The position numbers were made by a program, and so were the translations under genes. Shown here piece by piece: positions 23,186-34,332 of a stretch of DNA of 64,000 bases. This DNA is from Cyanidioschyzon merolae. Its lineage: Eukaryota. The stretch lies in the NCBI GenBank assembly GCA_000091205.1, contig AP006502.2; one strand, written 5' to 3'. The notes beneath the pieces are model-generated. The model worked only from the letters and a program-made list of their open reading frames with translations. It was not told the origin of the DNA and did no database searches. Within the stretch, counting starts at the first letter, position 1; each line of letters begins with the position of its first letter.

Positions 23186-23437
23186 GTCGATGGTGCCGAA
23201 CCTATGCCTGAAGGCCGTTCGTTCGACAGCTCTGCACCTGTTGACGTGAACATGGTACCGTAACCATGCAGTCAGAATTCGTCGCACCAGGGGTTCCTGG
23301 AATACTCCATTGTAACCGTAGACGCTCAGCATGCTGCAGCGGGACGCTGATCTGCTAGTGTTGCAGGCACCTCTTGCCCCGGGATGAACAGCTGGATTCC
23401 GTGAACGCCCCGGCATGCGAACGTGTACGTAAGCACA

Positions 23438-23453
23438 CACACACACACACACT
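23438..23453. repeat. (AC)8 dinucleotide microsatellite.
   Basis: acacacacacacacac seen directly. Confidence 0.8.
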
Positions 23454-23974
23454 ATTCAGTGTCCGCTCTGAACCTGAACAAAGCACGTTGACAGCGGTTG
23501 GACAGCCTGCATACGACTTGCGGTCCGAGTGGTTTTCATTGAGCGCCCTATCGAGCTGAGGCCTGTCCCTGGCTCGTTTTCCGCTTTGGCACAGCGGCGT
23601 ACCTGGACAACACGAATCCACATCCCGTGTGTGGAAGCTGGTGCGCTCCTTTCCTCACAACAATGAAGGAACACGCAGCGAGCGCCGTTTGTCGCTCGTT
23701 TAGGATCCAGCACGATACCCGTGCGTGTAACACAGCTTGACTCCGTTCGGCGTGTTGCGTTCTGTTGCCAGTACCATCGAGCGCCACATGCTTACTCTTC
23801 ATGATTCTATGCTCTACACATCGAGGAAAAGCATTCCACGAAAGATCGCAAGGCTACCAAGAGAAGCAGACGATGGCGGTTGCGCGGCGGACAACGCCGT
23901 TCCTGCGCGCCTGCATCCGATGCCGACCAGACAAGCACTTTGCATTCGACCGCAAAGCTGCCGCACGAAACAAA

Positions 23975-26900
23975 CTATGTCTCCTGATCGTTGGTCGAAG
24001 ACTCCTCACCGAACAGCTTCGTTCGCGCATAATTCAAGTACACTTGGTCCTCGAAATCGCAGTTTGGCAAGACGCTCGACGCTCCCGAGGTCTCCATCGG
24101 AGGCAGCCGCACAACGACCACGGGCTCGGGTGCGCCGCTGCCCGCCGGCACCGATCCGGCATCTGCGGTTACCGCTGAGCCATGGTATCTTTGCCCAGCC
24201 CGGTCCGAGTTTGCTGGCGCTTCGTCAGTAGCTTCCCTGGAAGTTACAGCCGGGACCCGAATAATCAACGGTGCTTCGAAACGCTCTGGGGGCATCAGAC
24301 TAGCACGCGACCCCGCCACTGCATCATGCGCGTGCATACCCAGGGAGCGCATCTTCAAGCGACGTCCGTACTCGTCACGAGTTAACAGCGGCGCCGGTTC
24401 CCCAAAGCCCCACATGGTTCGGAAGAATTCCACAGCAGCCTGCCTCGCAACCGGGTGACGATACCTCGCAAAGAGGCGCAGAACTTGACGAACCGCCACC
24501 GCAGCCATTTCGTGCTCGCTGCGAAGCAAAATCGCCAGCTTTGTCGTTCGAGAAGCGAACTTGCACATGGCTCGCAAAACCAACACCGGATAGAGCGGCT
24601 CCGGTGCCACCGCAGCAATAACCAGCAGCGATCGAACCACTTCGGGACGATCACCGGCCGTTCGCACGAGACCCTCGACTGCCGCTCGAAACGGACGATG
24701 GAGCCACCAGACGCGGGCCAGGTACTGCTCGAATCGAGATCGAGTGGGCGCCTCATCGAACCGATCGAGCTCGACTCTAACTGGACCAAGCAATGTACTC
24801 CAAACGAGACGCTCGAAATCGTTCTGAATACGAACTGCCTCGGATGACGAGCGGTCGGACGTTACACATTGCCGCTGGATGGAGACCAGCTCGGCTGCGG
24901 CCTCGATACAACCGGCAGTGAGCGCTCGCTGATGACTCGGGAACAGTCGATCACGGTTCAGAAAGCGTTCGATGCAGCGTGCCACCTCCATGGTGCGCAA
25001 GCCTTCATTGGTACTGGACGCAGAGGCAAAAGCCAGCAAAGCATCCCGTAGAAAATACGCATCGTCAAACATATTCGCTTCGTTGTTATGAAAACGCAGC
25101 ACGTGATCTAGCAACGCAAATAGATCGGTAGGCGTGCGCTGAGCGCCTTCACCAGTTTGCGCGACCCGAATGCCCCCGAGGGCTCGCAACATAGCTCTTT
25201 GCAAAAAATATTCCGCCAGATTTCGACTGAAATCCAGCGGTCGTGGAAGTCGTTGCAGCCACTCGCGCCCGAGCCTTGCTCGCTTCTCCTGCAACCGCCC
25301 TGGAGCAGTTGCCGCTGTCGTCGCTGCGTCTGCCTGACTACCTACCAGTGCATCCGAGGCGTCGACGTTCGCCAAATGGTTATCCTCCTTGGCATCCGAA
25401 CGAGGAAGCACTTGGTCCTCACCAACAAGGTACCGATTCGCGTAAAAGTCTACAAGTATTTCAAGGCCGAGAAAGCGGGTTTCGCTACCACCCCAGCGGG
25501 CAATACTTGCCGCTGCAGCGCTGCGCACACGATAGTGAACCTGTTCATTCAGGAGGCCGTGCTCTGCGAGACCGCGCACACCTATTGCGGTTGCATGCAG
25601 ATAAAGAGCATCACAGCAGTCCATCTGACTTGATACGTCGCGTTCTCCGGCAAGCTGACGAACCCAGGCTCGCTCATTCTGGCGCCAGAATACCCCCCTG
25701 ACCCACTCCATGTCAGGGTCGACGCGGATCCACATAATCGGATCATGGGTCAGCGGGAGTCGCTCTCCAGCGGGTGTCGTTGTTGTCGTTGTTGCGTCAG
25801 CGCTGCTGGTACCGCCAATATCCGGGTGATCGACGCTGGTTGCTGCTGCTGCCGCTGCTGCCGCCGCTGCAGCTGCTCGCCCACGTACACCGAGACCTAC
25901 CTTGCGGGTACGGCAGTAGACGTCAAAAACGTGAACGCTTTCTTGAATCTCTAAATCAATGGTGTAGTGCTCTTCGGGTTCACGTATGCTCAAGCGCAGA
26001 GTACCGCGAAATACCAGCGGTTCCGTAACAACACCGCTCTGTCGACGATGATTGGTTTGTCTCACAGCGACCTCGATCTTGTGCTCTTTGGGATCGTATC
26101 GATAGCCGCAATGAAAAAGCGGCATACTATTGCTTACAACGTACTGGCGAACAAATGCGAGCAACTCCACGCCAGTCCGTCGCTCAAGGAGCTTCAGGAA
26201 AGGTTTCAAACCGACGGCATGATGGCGAGGAGGCATCACCAGCAAGCTGTGCAGCGTGGAGCGGATACCTTCACCGACATCGACCCGAGCTGCGTGATGT
26301 TTGCGCCCTGTCGATGCTCCGCTTGTCGACTGGACTTGGATGAGTTTGCGCTCCGCTCGGCGATCGATGGCCGCAATCAGCAGCATACTAAAGCGTCGAG
26401 AAGGCTCGTGCGACTCGGCCGCTGGCTGCTCGGCGGGCGACCAACGCAGCGAGCCTGGAGATTCCACGAGCGACTTCATCGCGTCCCGTAAATACAGACG
26501 GAACCAGGTGTTCCCGAAGAGCTTGCGGAGACAGAGCGCACCGACGTATTCCTCGATACCCACAAACAACCAGAGGTCAGCAGTATGCAGTGGTCGCAGC
26601 AAGCGACGCATCCAGAAGGATGCCAGCGCAGTCACCATGCGCCGGTGCGAGTCAAACACGTCATCCACGACTCGATCCGAGAACAGTAAAATCGAGGAAA
26701 GCACGACGAGACCTCCACCGGGATACACACTCGGCAGATGCATGCCGAATCCATCCACAAAGACAAACTTGAGCGAAGCGCAGGGACAGGGCACACCAAA
26801 ATAGTTCTCGAGGAATTCCATTGCCGCGGGCAAAAAGTCTACCGTGTTCACTAACTGGCGAACAAAGCCAGGTAAACAAAAATAGGTGACGCTCTGAGGT

Positions 26901-28399
26901 CGTATTCGATCGGGAAGCACCCGAAACAAGCCGGCAGAAAACGCGATATCGCTCGCAAGTACTGGCTCCGGAACCTGGAAAACAAAACGTGTGCGAGATG
27001 CTCGACCCGCCTCAGTGCTCTCTTCTAGGCTGCTGCCTTTGAGTTCCCCGGAGGCAACCGCAATCATCCCAGTTGGCACGGTTATCTCCAGGTCATAGGC
27101 GCAGCGCACTCCACTGTTGGCGAGCACTGCGTTCGGCGGGTTCAGACACGGCATCCACGTTGACGCCAAACCGCTGTGCGACTCCACGTACATGTGTTCC
27201 ACGAGAATCGGTAGAGGCTGTTGCTGCAGCAGCAGCAGCTGCTGCTGCTCCGGCAGGCGTTGGTCGAAGAGCAGCGCATCTTCAGCGGCTCCGCTGCCAT
27301 CGAAAACGTCAAGGGGCTCTCCGTTAGCATGTCCGCAAAAATGCACCGCTGGTGACTCTGGAAGCGTCGTATACTCTACCTGCAGACGGAGACCTATGCT
27401 TACAGTCGGTTTGGTCCAAGTCGCGTCGATTTTCGTCCCCAGTGGTGCCGTTGTCGAGCGCGGCTCCGTCTCTGAGCGAGGTATGCGGTCCACCAGCGCG
27501 TCCGCTTCCGCCACTGAAACTGGCTCCGCTTGTGGATCTTTGCATGCGCTTCGTGCTTCGGACGACGACTTTGAAAGATCATTCGGAGATGTTCCAGTAA
27601 CGTCCACGGGGTTCGTGGCAGCAGTGGGATCCCCTGGTGGTGGCAGCGGCTCTGCGGTTCGGCTGGCTCCCAATATCGACCATGGAACGAAAACCAGAAG
27701 CTCACCATGGGCGGCGTGACGAGCCTGTCGTGAGAGCATCATTTCCAGCTCCTCCATTGTTGGCGGAGGGTAGATTCTATCAGCAATAGCCTGCATAACC
27801 TCGGTACCGTCGAGCGGACTCTGCAAGCGATACTCCACAGCGCGGTCGTTCACGGTTACCGCCTGAATCGCACAACACCGGAGGTTTATGCGCAGTTCTA
27901 GGGTATCGGATGCGTCTCCCTTATATTTTGTCGTCCCTGGCTGACGCAGTGCATTCGGTACCTGGAAATAGAGCAGTGCTCGGCCGCGTAGTTTGCGCTC
28001 GGCAAAGTCGACGTCCACTCGCAGTTGCACGCGATCAAGGCGAGGTCCGAGACCACCGCCCTGACTAGCGTCACCGCGGGTATGCTCCGCGCGGGCTTGG
28101 GCCTTCCGATCAGTCCCTGGGTTGTTTGCGTGCGTAGGCTGCAACACACCGGCGCCATGACTCGTTGGCAAGCGCAAAAGCGTTGGCGCTGCAGCTGATG
28201 ACGCTTTGGAGCGGTGCTTGCGCGCTCGTAGCTCCTCAGCTCCTCTTTCCTGCGGCGTACGGCTCCCTGTCGTTTTTCTCAGTGTAGGACTGGAACGGTT
28301 ACCGTCCATTGCCGCTGTAGCGGCACGTCCAGTGGAACTTTGCGAGGCAACCGGGAGGTATCTGGCTTGAGCTCGAAGCGCTCGCTGAACGCGCTGCAA
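23975..28399 (-). CDS. TAF2: TFIID subunit TAF2 (M1-aminopeptidase-like fold) with internal poly-Ala and poly-Thr tracts. The N-terminal roughly 30-130 aa may be ORF extension.
   Basis: 1474 aa. DPIMWIRVDPDMEWVRGVFWRQ aligns with human TAF2 PLLWIRIDPDMSVL..QADFMWQYQ. The aminopeptidase-N-like N-terminal region and length are consistent. The (GCN)n runs encode AAAAAAAAAAAA. Confidence 0.75.
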   Translation of the reverse strand: MQRVQRALRAQARYLPVASQSSTGRAATAAMDGNRSSPTLRKTTGSRTPQERGAEELRARKHRSKASSAAAPTLLRLPTSHGAGVLQPTHANNPGTDRKAQARAEHTRGDASQGGGLGPRLDRVQLRVDVDFAERKLRGRALLYFQVPNALRQPGTTKYKGDASDTLELRINLRCCAIQAVTVNDRAVEYRLQSPLDGTEVMQAIADRIYPPPTMEELEMMLSRQARHAAHGELLVFVPWSILGASRTAEPLPPPGDPTAATNPVDVTGTSPNDLSKSSSEARSACKDPQAEPVSVAEADALVDRIPRSETEPRSTTAPLGTKIDATWTKPTVSIGLRLQVEYTTLPESPAVHFCGHANGEPLDVFDGSGAAEDALLFDQRLPEQQQLLLLQQQPLPILVEHMYVESHSGLASTWMPCLNPPNAVLANSGVRCAYDLEITVPTGMIAVASGELKGSSLEESTEAGRASRTRFVFQVPEPVLASDIAFSAGLFRVLPDRIRPQSVTYFCLPGFVRQLVNTVDFLPAAMEFLENYFGVPCPCASLKFVFVDGFGMHLPSVYPGGGLVVLSSILLFSDRVVDDVFDSHRRMVTALASFWMRRLLRPLHTADLWLFVGIEEYVGALCLRKLFGNTWFRLYLRDAMKSLVESPGSLRWSPAEQPAAESHEPSRRFSMLLIAAIDRRAERKLIQVQSTSGASTGRKHHAARVDVGEGIRSTLHSLLVMPPRHHAVGLKPFLKLLERRTGVELLAFVRQYVVSNSMPLFHCGYRYDPKEHKIEVAVRQTNHRRQSGVVTEPLVFRGTLRLSIREPEEHYTIDLEIQESVHVFDVYCRTRKVGLGVRGRAAAAAAAAAAAATSVDHPDIGGTSSADATTTTTTPAGERLPLTHDPIMWIRVDPDMEWVRGVFWRQNERAWVRQLAGERDVSSQMDCCDALYLHATAIGVRGLAEHGLLNEQVHYRVRSAAAASIARWGGSETRFLGLEILVDFYANRYLVGEDQVLPRSDAKEDNHLANVDASDALVGSQADAATTAATAPGRLQEKRARLGREWLQRLPRPLDFSRNLAEYFLQRAMLRALGGIRVAQTGEGAQRTPTDLFALLDHVLRFHNNEANMFDDAYFLRDALLAFASASSTNEGLRTMEVARCIERFLNRDRLFPSHQRALTAGCIEAAAELVSIQRQCVTSDRSSSEAVRIQNDFERLVWSTLLGPVRVELDRFDEAPTRSRFEQYLARVWWLHRPFRAAVEGLVRTAGDRPEVVRSLLVIAAVAPEPLYPVLVLRAMCKFASRTTKLAILLRSEHEMAAVAVRQVLRLFARYRHPVARQAAVEFFRTMWGFGEPAPLLTRDEYGRRLKMRSLGMHAHDAVAGSRASLMPPERFEAPLIIRVPAVTSREATDEAPANSDRAGQRYHGSAVTADAGSVPAGSGAPEPVVVVRLPPMETSGASSVLPNCDFEDQVYLNYARTKLFGEESSTNDQET

Positions 28400-28589
28400 T
28401 ACCGAATGCCCCGTTGTGTTCTGGCGCTGCCGAGTGCTGAGCGCACTTTTGCTGCTGCTGTCGTTGTGGAAACGATCAGAGAGGGCTTGTGAAGCGACTT
28501 TTGCGGTTTGGGGTCAGAGGGCCATACGAGGCGGCTATGGTCCGGTTTGCAGGAGACCGGCCGCATGGTCGTGCAGGTCCGTAACCTCC

Positions 28590-28590
<1 letters not shown>

Positions 28591-28633
<43 letters not shown>
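28591..28633. repeat. (CAG)14 trinucleotide microsatellite, about 190 bp upstream of the TAF2 ORF.
   Basis: Uninterrupted cagcag... run seen directly. Confidence 0.9.
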
Positions 28634-28634
<1 letters not shown>

Positions 28635-29099
28635 TGCATACGGTCTTCTGTCAGACGGTCGTTCCCGGGAACGTCTAGAGCTGGAAGCTGCACTCGCTGC
28701 CCAAGTCGAGAGTCGTGTCCGAGTCAACGCGCGCAACATGGACTGGTCAACGATGCAGCTTTCGATGCGGGGCTTTCCCGTGGCTACCGCGGTCGACGAC
28801 CGTCGAGGGTGCTAACGAGCCTAGCCGCGACATAGACCAGCGCTTGGATTTGATTCACTTTTCAGGCAAGCTGAAGAGCTGTCCGGACTTGTTTAGACTG
28901 CAGACCTGGGAAGCTCACGTGGACCGCTTTTTGCTTGGCACTTTTTCGGTGCAGGCACCGGAAGGCGCAACGGGTGGCGTCTACGAACGCCACGCGACGT
29001 TTTGACCAGAGCAACGGATGCAGCTTGAAGTCTGCTTCGGGTGAGGTGCACCTTGGTTGGATGCGGAAAGTGCTTGCACCCTGTTGCTCTTCGAGTTAC

Positions 29100-29435
29100 T
29101 CAGTTACCGGGAATTGAGACCTGCGGACCGTGCATGAACTGCACGCATACACGATACTTTGGACACTTTTGATACTTCGGATACGGTTCGATTCCAGTGA
29201 GTTGCAGCACCCGCGCTAGATCGTTTTTCCAATCTTTCGCCAGAAAGAACGGCATCCCTGTGTTGCGACGAGCTCGGCACGGACGAGTAGTCGCTATCAG
29301 TGAACCTGTCGCAGCCAAGTATGACAGCCAGCGGATTGTCCCCGTGACTGGGTCGTTAGGGACTATGTAGCCCCATCGTGGGGTGCTTTCGAGTTTACGA
29401 ACGACTTTTTCGGCACTGCGAATCGCCGACTCCAA
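29100..29435 (-). CDS. Possible small protein gene (111 aa). Function unknown.
   Basis: Non-repetitive ORF in a 1.6-kb gap between TAF2 and the ANTH gene. Composition is protein-like (WGYIVPNDPVTG..., KDWKNDLARVLQLTGIEPYPKYQK). No family assignment. Confidence 0.25.
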   Translation of the reverse strand: MESAIRSAEKVVRKLESTPRWGYIVPNDPVTGTIRWLSYLAATGSLIATTRPCRARRNTGMPFFLAKDWKNDLARVLQLTGIEPYPKYQKCPKYRVCVQFMHGPQVSIPGN

Positions 29436-29980
29436 TCAGTCAAGCGGTTTAGTCGACAGGGCGTCGGCGCTAGTGCAGGTACACGTCGAGCAGCCGCCGC
29501 CTCTTCTGGGATCCTCTGCAACCTGATACCACACGAGATCAGCCACGAGACAGACATGACCATGGACCTATAGATGCTGAGCAGGTGGCAACAACAGCTG
29601 CTACCAGCGCTCCAACAGGCTGAATGCGAGGACGCTTGGATACCACCTGTGTCGATGGCTCACCGCTTCGACATTTTCATGCACTGGATAGGCAATGGCC
29701 GTTTCAACCTGCTGGATTCGCTGCAACAGAGAGCGTTCTGGTTTCGAGATTCCTCTCTGCGCTGGAATCCAGAAGCCGCATGCTAGAGTTTCTGGTCCTG
29801 AACAGAGCTCTCGCTTCAAGGTGACGCTTTGTGGTCGCACCCGGAGCACTGAGCATGCTCGCGAATATGCGTTATGTGAGATCCTTCTCTGGATACCGTG
29901 ACTAGGCTCGCCACTGACGTCTACGAGTACCTATAAACCACCCGCGTGTACCCGCCTGAACATTGTACATCTTCGATTTC

Positions 29981-32728
29981 CTAAACAGATGGGCGGCGTG
30001 CATCCGCGACTCGGAGTACTTGCAATGGCCGAGTGAGTATTTCTTCTCTCTTCTTCTGATAAAGTTTCTCCAACGCAGACTTGCACGACTCATAGGTCTG
30101 CTCTAGTACGCGAAGCTCATCCTCAATTACCTGTGTCATATGGGGTCCACGTTCGCAAAGAGCGCGACTCTGCTCCTGCGCTTTGGCGCCGGCACGCAGC
30201 AGCGTCTCCATTGCTTTCATCATATCTCGTAGCGAGGGTGTTTTGCTCATCGCGTTTCCGCTGTCCTCATTCAAAGAAACGCCCACTGATCCTGTTGCTG
30301 TATGCAACGGTTCGTGACCCATCGACAGGAACAGCGAGCTGCAGCCCGACGCAGGTGCCTGTGCCGAATAGGTACGCTCGCGTGGCTGCTGTGTCCCGCG
30401 GGAGCGCCCTTCCGCTGCCGCTGCGTGTGACGATTCTCTTCTCGTTTCGCTGCGCTCTGCAGTGCGGACGTTTCCAGTATCCGATGCTCGACACCGATGA
30501 TCACCGTCACCGCTACCGTCATGATCTTCTTCTGGTTTTTCATCGGAGAGATTCGCCCACCAGCCCCGCGCGATGAGGTCGAGGGGCGCGTGCTCGAGTT
30601 CGCCTCGAAGCATCGCATCCGCAGCGGCGTTGCCGAGCGCACGCCGACCGTGTCGTTTGTCGTGTGCGGATGCAGCATCGAAACCGAGCAAGCATCGATG
30701 AATGCTCGCAAGCCATTCTCGAAGTCTATTGGTCGCGTCCACAAAGCTTCGATAGAGGGCACGCGATCGACGCATCAGCGCCAGGTGATTGCTTCCGAGC
30801 AAGAGCTGCTGTTCCAGCACAGATTCCATCATCTGATTCAAGGTTGCAAACAGCTGCATGGCGTCGTGAACGATAAGTCGCGCAGCCTCTTGCATGATTT
30901 CATTATGGACGTTCACCGAGGCCATGCTTTCGTTGACGTGCGCGTGCGGCACGGGACTTGTCGCCACCTCTACAACGCTCTCCAGGCGCACTTCTGTGAC
31001 TGCGTTCAGTTCATAGAGCAGCACTGGGATGACTTCTCGAAGCGCTCTCTCGAACGGGACGCGCTCCGAGAGCTCCTCGCCGAGTCTCGACGACACGACC
31101 CCCATTTCATCGACACAGCAGGGCGTCCGCTCTGCCGCCGGAGGTAACGATGCGAAACGATCGCCGAGCTCATCCAAAATTTTCGATTCCTGACGCTCGC
31201 CCAGGTAGAGGATGCGAAAACTTTCCAATCGTGTCCAGAGATACCGAGCGTATTCTCTGACAAAGAGCGAGCACGCTGTTGCTTCGGGCCTGGTGCGGCT
31301 TTCGTCGCGGAATGCCCGCGCCACAGCTTCCAAACTCATGACATGATGTGCAACCGCAGGCAACGGTTCAGCATTTGTCTCGCTAGAAACGCTACTTCCA
31401 CTGGCGGTCGCTGCACCAGCCTGACTCGAGCGCGTGATCAGACGGCGCGTCCAGTCACGTTGTCCGCGAGGGGACACGCCGCTTGAATGCGCAGCCAATC
31501 GCTCCAGTAAGTTGAGCATCGGCGAGTCGCTCGCTGTCCGTTGAGAACGTGTCGCCCCCGGGTGACTGCAGGCGTCGTCCGAATCGACGTCGTGGATGCG
31601 CGCTGGACGCTGCAGCCGCTCGTAGTAGGTCGCCCAGAGGCGAAACGCCACACTATCTGCGTAATGCGCTGCATCGCGCATGAGGCGATGCGCCACCATC
31701 AGAACCTTACAGACAATCCGCCAGTCCCGTTCCTGGCCGTGTCGCCAGAGCTTGCGAACAATGTCCCCGCAGAGCAGCATGCGTTCGACGGCGAGTGCAA
31801 CGTCTTCGGCACGCTCGCCGCCGTCGCTGGACCAGGTACCCGTCGGGGGATTCCGTTGACGATGATGTGGAAGCCGCTGGACGTGGAATGTCGATACCTT
31901 ATTGAGGCCGTACTGGGGTTTTGTGCTCAAGATCGCCACCGCAGTCTTTCTTGGGGCAGGCGTGTTGCTGTTGCTATTGTTGCTGCTGCTTTCGGGGCCC
32001 GGCTCCAGCGGCACGCCACCAGTCGTGGTGTGGGTCAGCGCGTCGGTGCCTCGCGCCTCGGGTGTCCCACCGGTCTGCGTGTTCTCAAGCAAATAAAAAA
32101 GGGCATCACCGCACCCTTGCAGTGAAGCTAACAGCGTCAGAACATATTTCTCTTTCGGGGCGGTGTACTTGGGCTTGCTCGCTTTGAGAACCGCTGCCTC
32201 GACGTCAGAGGAAAACGCCGCGGAGATCTTGCGTGTCAGTCTCTTCGTCGTATTCCCCAGCGTCGTTGCTTGAAGCGGCTTCCCCGGTGCCGACGTTCTG
32301 GTCCAATCGGACACCTCGCTTCCTGACGGAACAGGAGCCCTGCCCGGGTGCGTAGAAGCGCTCGTGCCAGTGAGGTCACCGGGTGGTAAACCTGCTCGCA
32401 GCGCCCTATCAGTTGTTTCACTCGTTGTACCCAAGTTTTTCCGAGGTGTCACTGAGTTCTTTTCGTATTGTACGTTCATGAAGAAAACTCGTGTAGCTCG
32501 CAGCTTCACCGTGCCCTGCTTCTGTTCGAAGGAGAAAATATGGAATTCATGCCGTTTTTGGCATCGACGCGCGCCTATACGGCGCTGCTCCGGCACAGCT
32601 GATGCGACATGGTCGTATCTTCTATAAAAGGTAAGTTTTGAATCTATTTTGACAGATTTATCTAGCCGATGCGCATCCGTGACGCACATCGTCATGGCAG
32701 TCATAGGACCTGCGCCTGGAGATACCAT
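29981..32728 (-). CDS. ANTH/ENTH-domain (AP180/CALM-like) clathrin-adaptor-type protein with a low-complexity insertion and a long C-terminal region. The true start is probably internal.
   Basis: AAVLKASKPKYTAPKEKYVLTLL resembles CKATTHEVMGPKKKHLDYL, and WRIVCKVLMVAHRLMRDAAHY resembles WVVVFKALVTVHHLMVHG in ANTH domains. The rest is non-repetitive ORF of 915 aa. Confidence 0.45.
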   Translation of the reverse strand: MVSPGAGPMTAMTMCVTDAHRLDKSVKIDSKLTFYRRYDHVASAVPEQRRIGARRCQKRHEFHIFSFEQKQGTVKLRATRVFFMNVQYEKNSVTPRKNLGTTSETTDRALRAGLPPGDLTGTSASTHPGRAPVPSGSEVSDWTRTSAPGKPLQATTLGNTTKRLTRKISAAFSSDVEAAVLKASKPKYTAPKEKYVLTLLASLQGCGDALFYLLENTQTGGTPEARGTDALTHTTTGGVPLEPGPESSSNNSNSNTPAPRKTAVAILSTKPQYGLNKVSTFHVQRLPHHRQRNPPTGTWSSDGGERAEDVALAVERMLLCGDIVRKLWRHGQERDWRIVCKVLMVAHRLMRDAAHYADSVAFRLWATYYERLQRPARIHDVDSDDACSHPGATRSQRTASDSPMLNLLERLAAHSSGVSPRGQRDWTRRLITRSSQAGAATASGSSVSSETNAEPLPAVAHHVMSLEAVARAFRDESRTRPEATACSLFVREYARYLWTRLESFRILYLGERQESKILDELGDRFASLPPAAERTPCCVDEMGVVSSRLGEELSERVPFERALREVIPVLLYELNAVTEVRLESVVEVATSPVPHAHVNESMASVNVHNEIMQEAARLIVHDAMQLFATLNQMMESVLEQQLLLGSNHLALMRRSRALYRSFVDATNRLREWLASIHRCLLGFDAASAHDKRHGRRALGNAAADAMLRGELEHAPLDLIARGWWANLSDEKPEEDHDGSGDGDHRCRASDTGNVRTAERSETRRESSHAAAAEGRSRGTQQPRERTYSAQAPASGCSSLFLSMGHEPLHTATGSVGVSLNEDSGNAMSKTPSLRDMMKAMETLLRAGAKAQEQSRALCERGPHMTQVIEDELRVLEQTYESCKSALEKLYQKKREEILTRPLQVLRVADARRPSV

Positions 32729-34332
32729 CTCGGACGCTGCTTCTGTCTATCCAGTACGCGCAGGTGCCTGGAGCCATGGATATGACTTGCTAGCGCTGAT
32801 CCTCTTCTAGTTGCAGGCTGCACGAGTTGGTATGATGTCACGCGTGACGCCGCGTCCCGCAAGGTGTCTGCTGGACGGCACTGTCTGCGGGTAACGGGTA
32901 TGGCGTGCTGCTACGGGTTGCTGTTACAGTGGACGCGCACCGCACAGGGGTTTTCAGTGCAGGTTTTGAGCGGGGCTCTGCGAATGCAAACACGAATGCT
33001 TGGGCGTCAGTGTGACTTGGCGTCACGTTCGTGCAGACCGAGCTTATCGGGAACGGGTGCACGATACACGCTGCCATTAGCTTCTGATCGCCCGGCGGAG
33101 GAGGTTGGTACGACGCAGTCTTGGTCGTTTCTCCTCAAGCCGTCGTTTCTTCTGAGGCACTTACTAAGACTCTTTACGGCTCGTCGGCATTCGTTTGGTG
33201 CAGCGGTAAAGCATCCAGGCGGCTTTTGGTGCACCAAGCGGTCCGTTTCGAGACTTGTTCACAGTGCGTTGCGCTTGTGACCGGGTTGCTTCGCATCCTT
33301 GGTCAATTGATATCGGAATATGTGTCACGCTTGTGTGGCCGCGCAACGACGTTGCCGGTTGATTGAAGACTCTCTTGACGGAGGCAAACATCGACGAGCG
33401 AGAAGTTTCCATTTGCTGCGATCGATTGCTTGAGTCTTTCGGAATCAAGCCTTGGTGTATATCTAGTTAATTCAGGCAATCGTGATCGCTATCTGCGAAA
33501 TTCCCGCTGTCTCGCCAACATCATCCGATTTGGGCTTCTGAGGCAGTGCGGGAACCATAGCAGTGGACGAACTTTGCGAATGGCCGTCCTCACGTCTGAG
33601 AACGACAAAGGAGTAACACCACACGCGTCAAGCATCCTAGCTGGAACTCTATGCAGTGTGGAACGATGTGGCATGCTCGCGAATACCGAATCATGGAAGA
33701 GCATTATCGTTTGTCCATTTTCTGAGCAAAGCGTTCCCGGTTTATGTATATTGGACTGCATCCTTGCTGGTTTGTTGATCATTCTGTACCAGAGGATTGC
33801 TCCGGGCGAGAAGAAGTTGTCCGGCGCTTGGCCACGTATCCCTTTTCATCAAAAGTCTTCAGCATTTTAGCAAAATGCACTTACTGATTGCTTAGAGATT
33901 TCCGCGAAAGTTCGCTCGACACAAAACCGCGGGACGTTTCGGATACATGTGAAATTTCCGAATGTTGTTTCCAAGGTGTTCGAGTCCTGGTGCGGAAAGT
34001 GCCTGCGCGCATAGTTGCTAGAGAAACCGCACCATCACAAGCCACTGAACTGCGTTTGCCTCATAATCTGTCATTCGGTGAGCTCACTGCACACCTTCCC
34101 GTGCACCTGTCTCTATTTCGTGCTCTGTCTCTGTGACGGTGTCAATGTACACCTGGAATCGTGGTGCATGTATGGCGCCCAGAATTTTTCGATAGGTAAC
34201 CTGCGGAATCGGGTACTGGAGTCGCCGTCATCGTCGTCCGCTCTCGTCCGAGCAGGAGTGCAGCCTGTGCGCGCTGGAGCACGTCCAGCCCAATACGATA
34301 CCAGGAAACGACGCGACGTATTGGTCATTTTC

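Noticed and set aside
22886-23253. N-terminal 72-aa extension of the recombinase ORF plus the ORFs 22947-23249 (+) and 22972-23253 (-)
   Set aside because: The HMYRCVHVYI/CMYTCLH-type peptides come from translating the cgcatctatacatatgca tandem repeats. The conserved recombinase start (MSRSSVVERA) lies downstream at 22885.
29170-29215. Exact tRNA T-loop consensus GGTTCGATTCC at 29184-29194
   Set aside because: The flanking bases do not form a T-stem (5' tacgg versus 3' ccagt), and no acceptor or anticodon stems can be drawn in the 70 nt upstream. This is a chance occurrence, not a tRNA gene.
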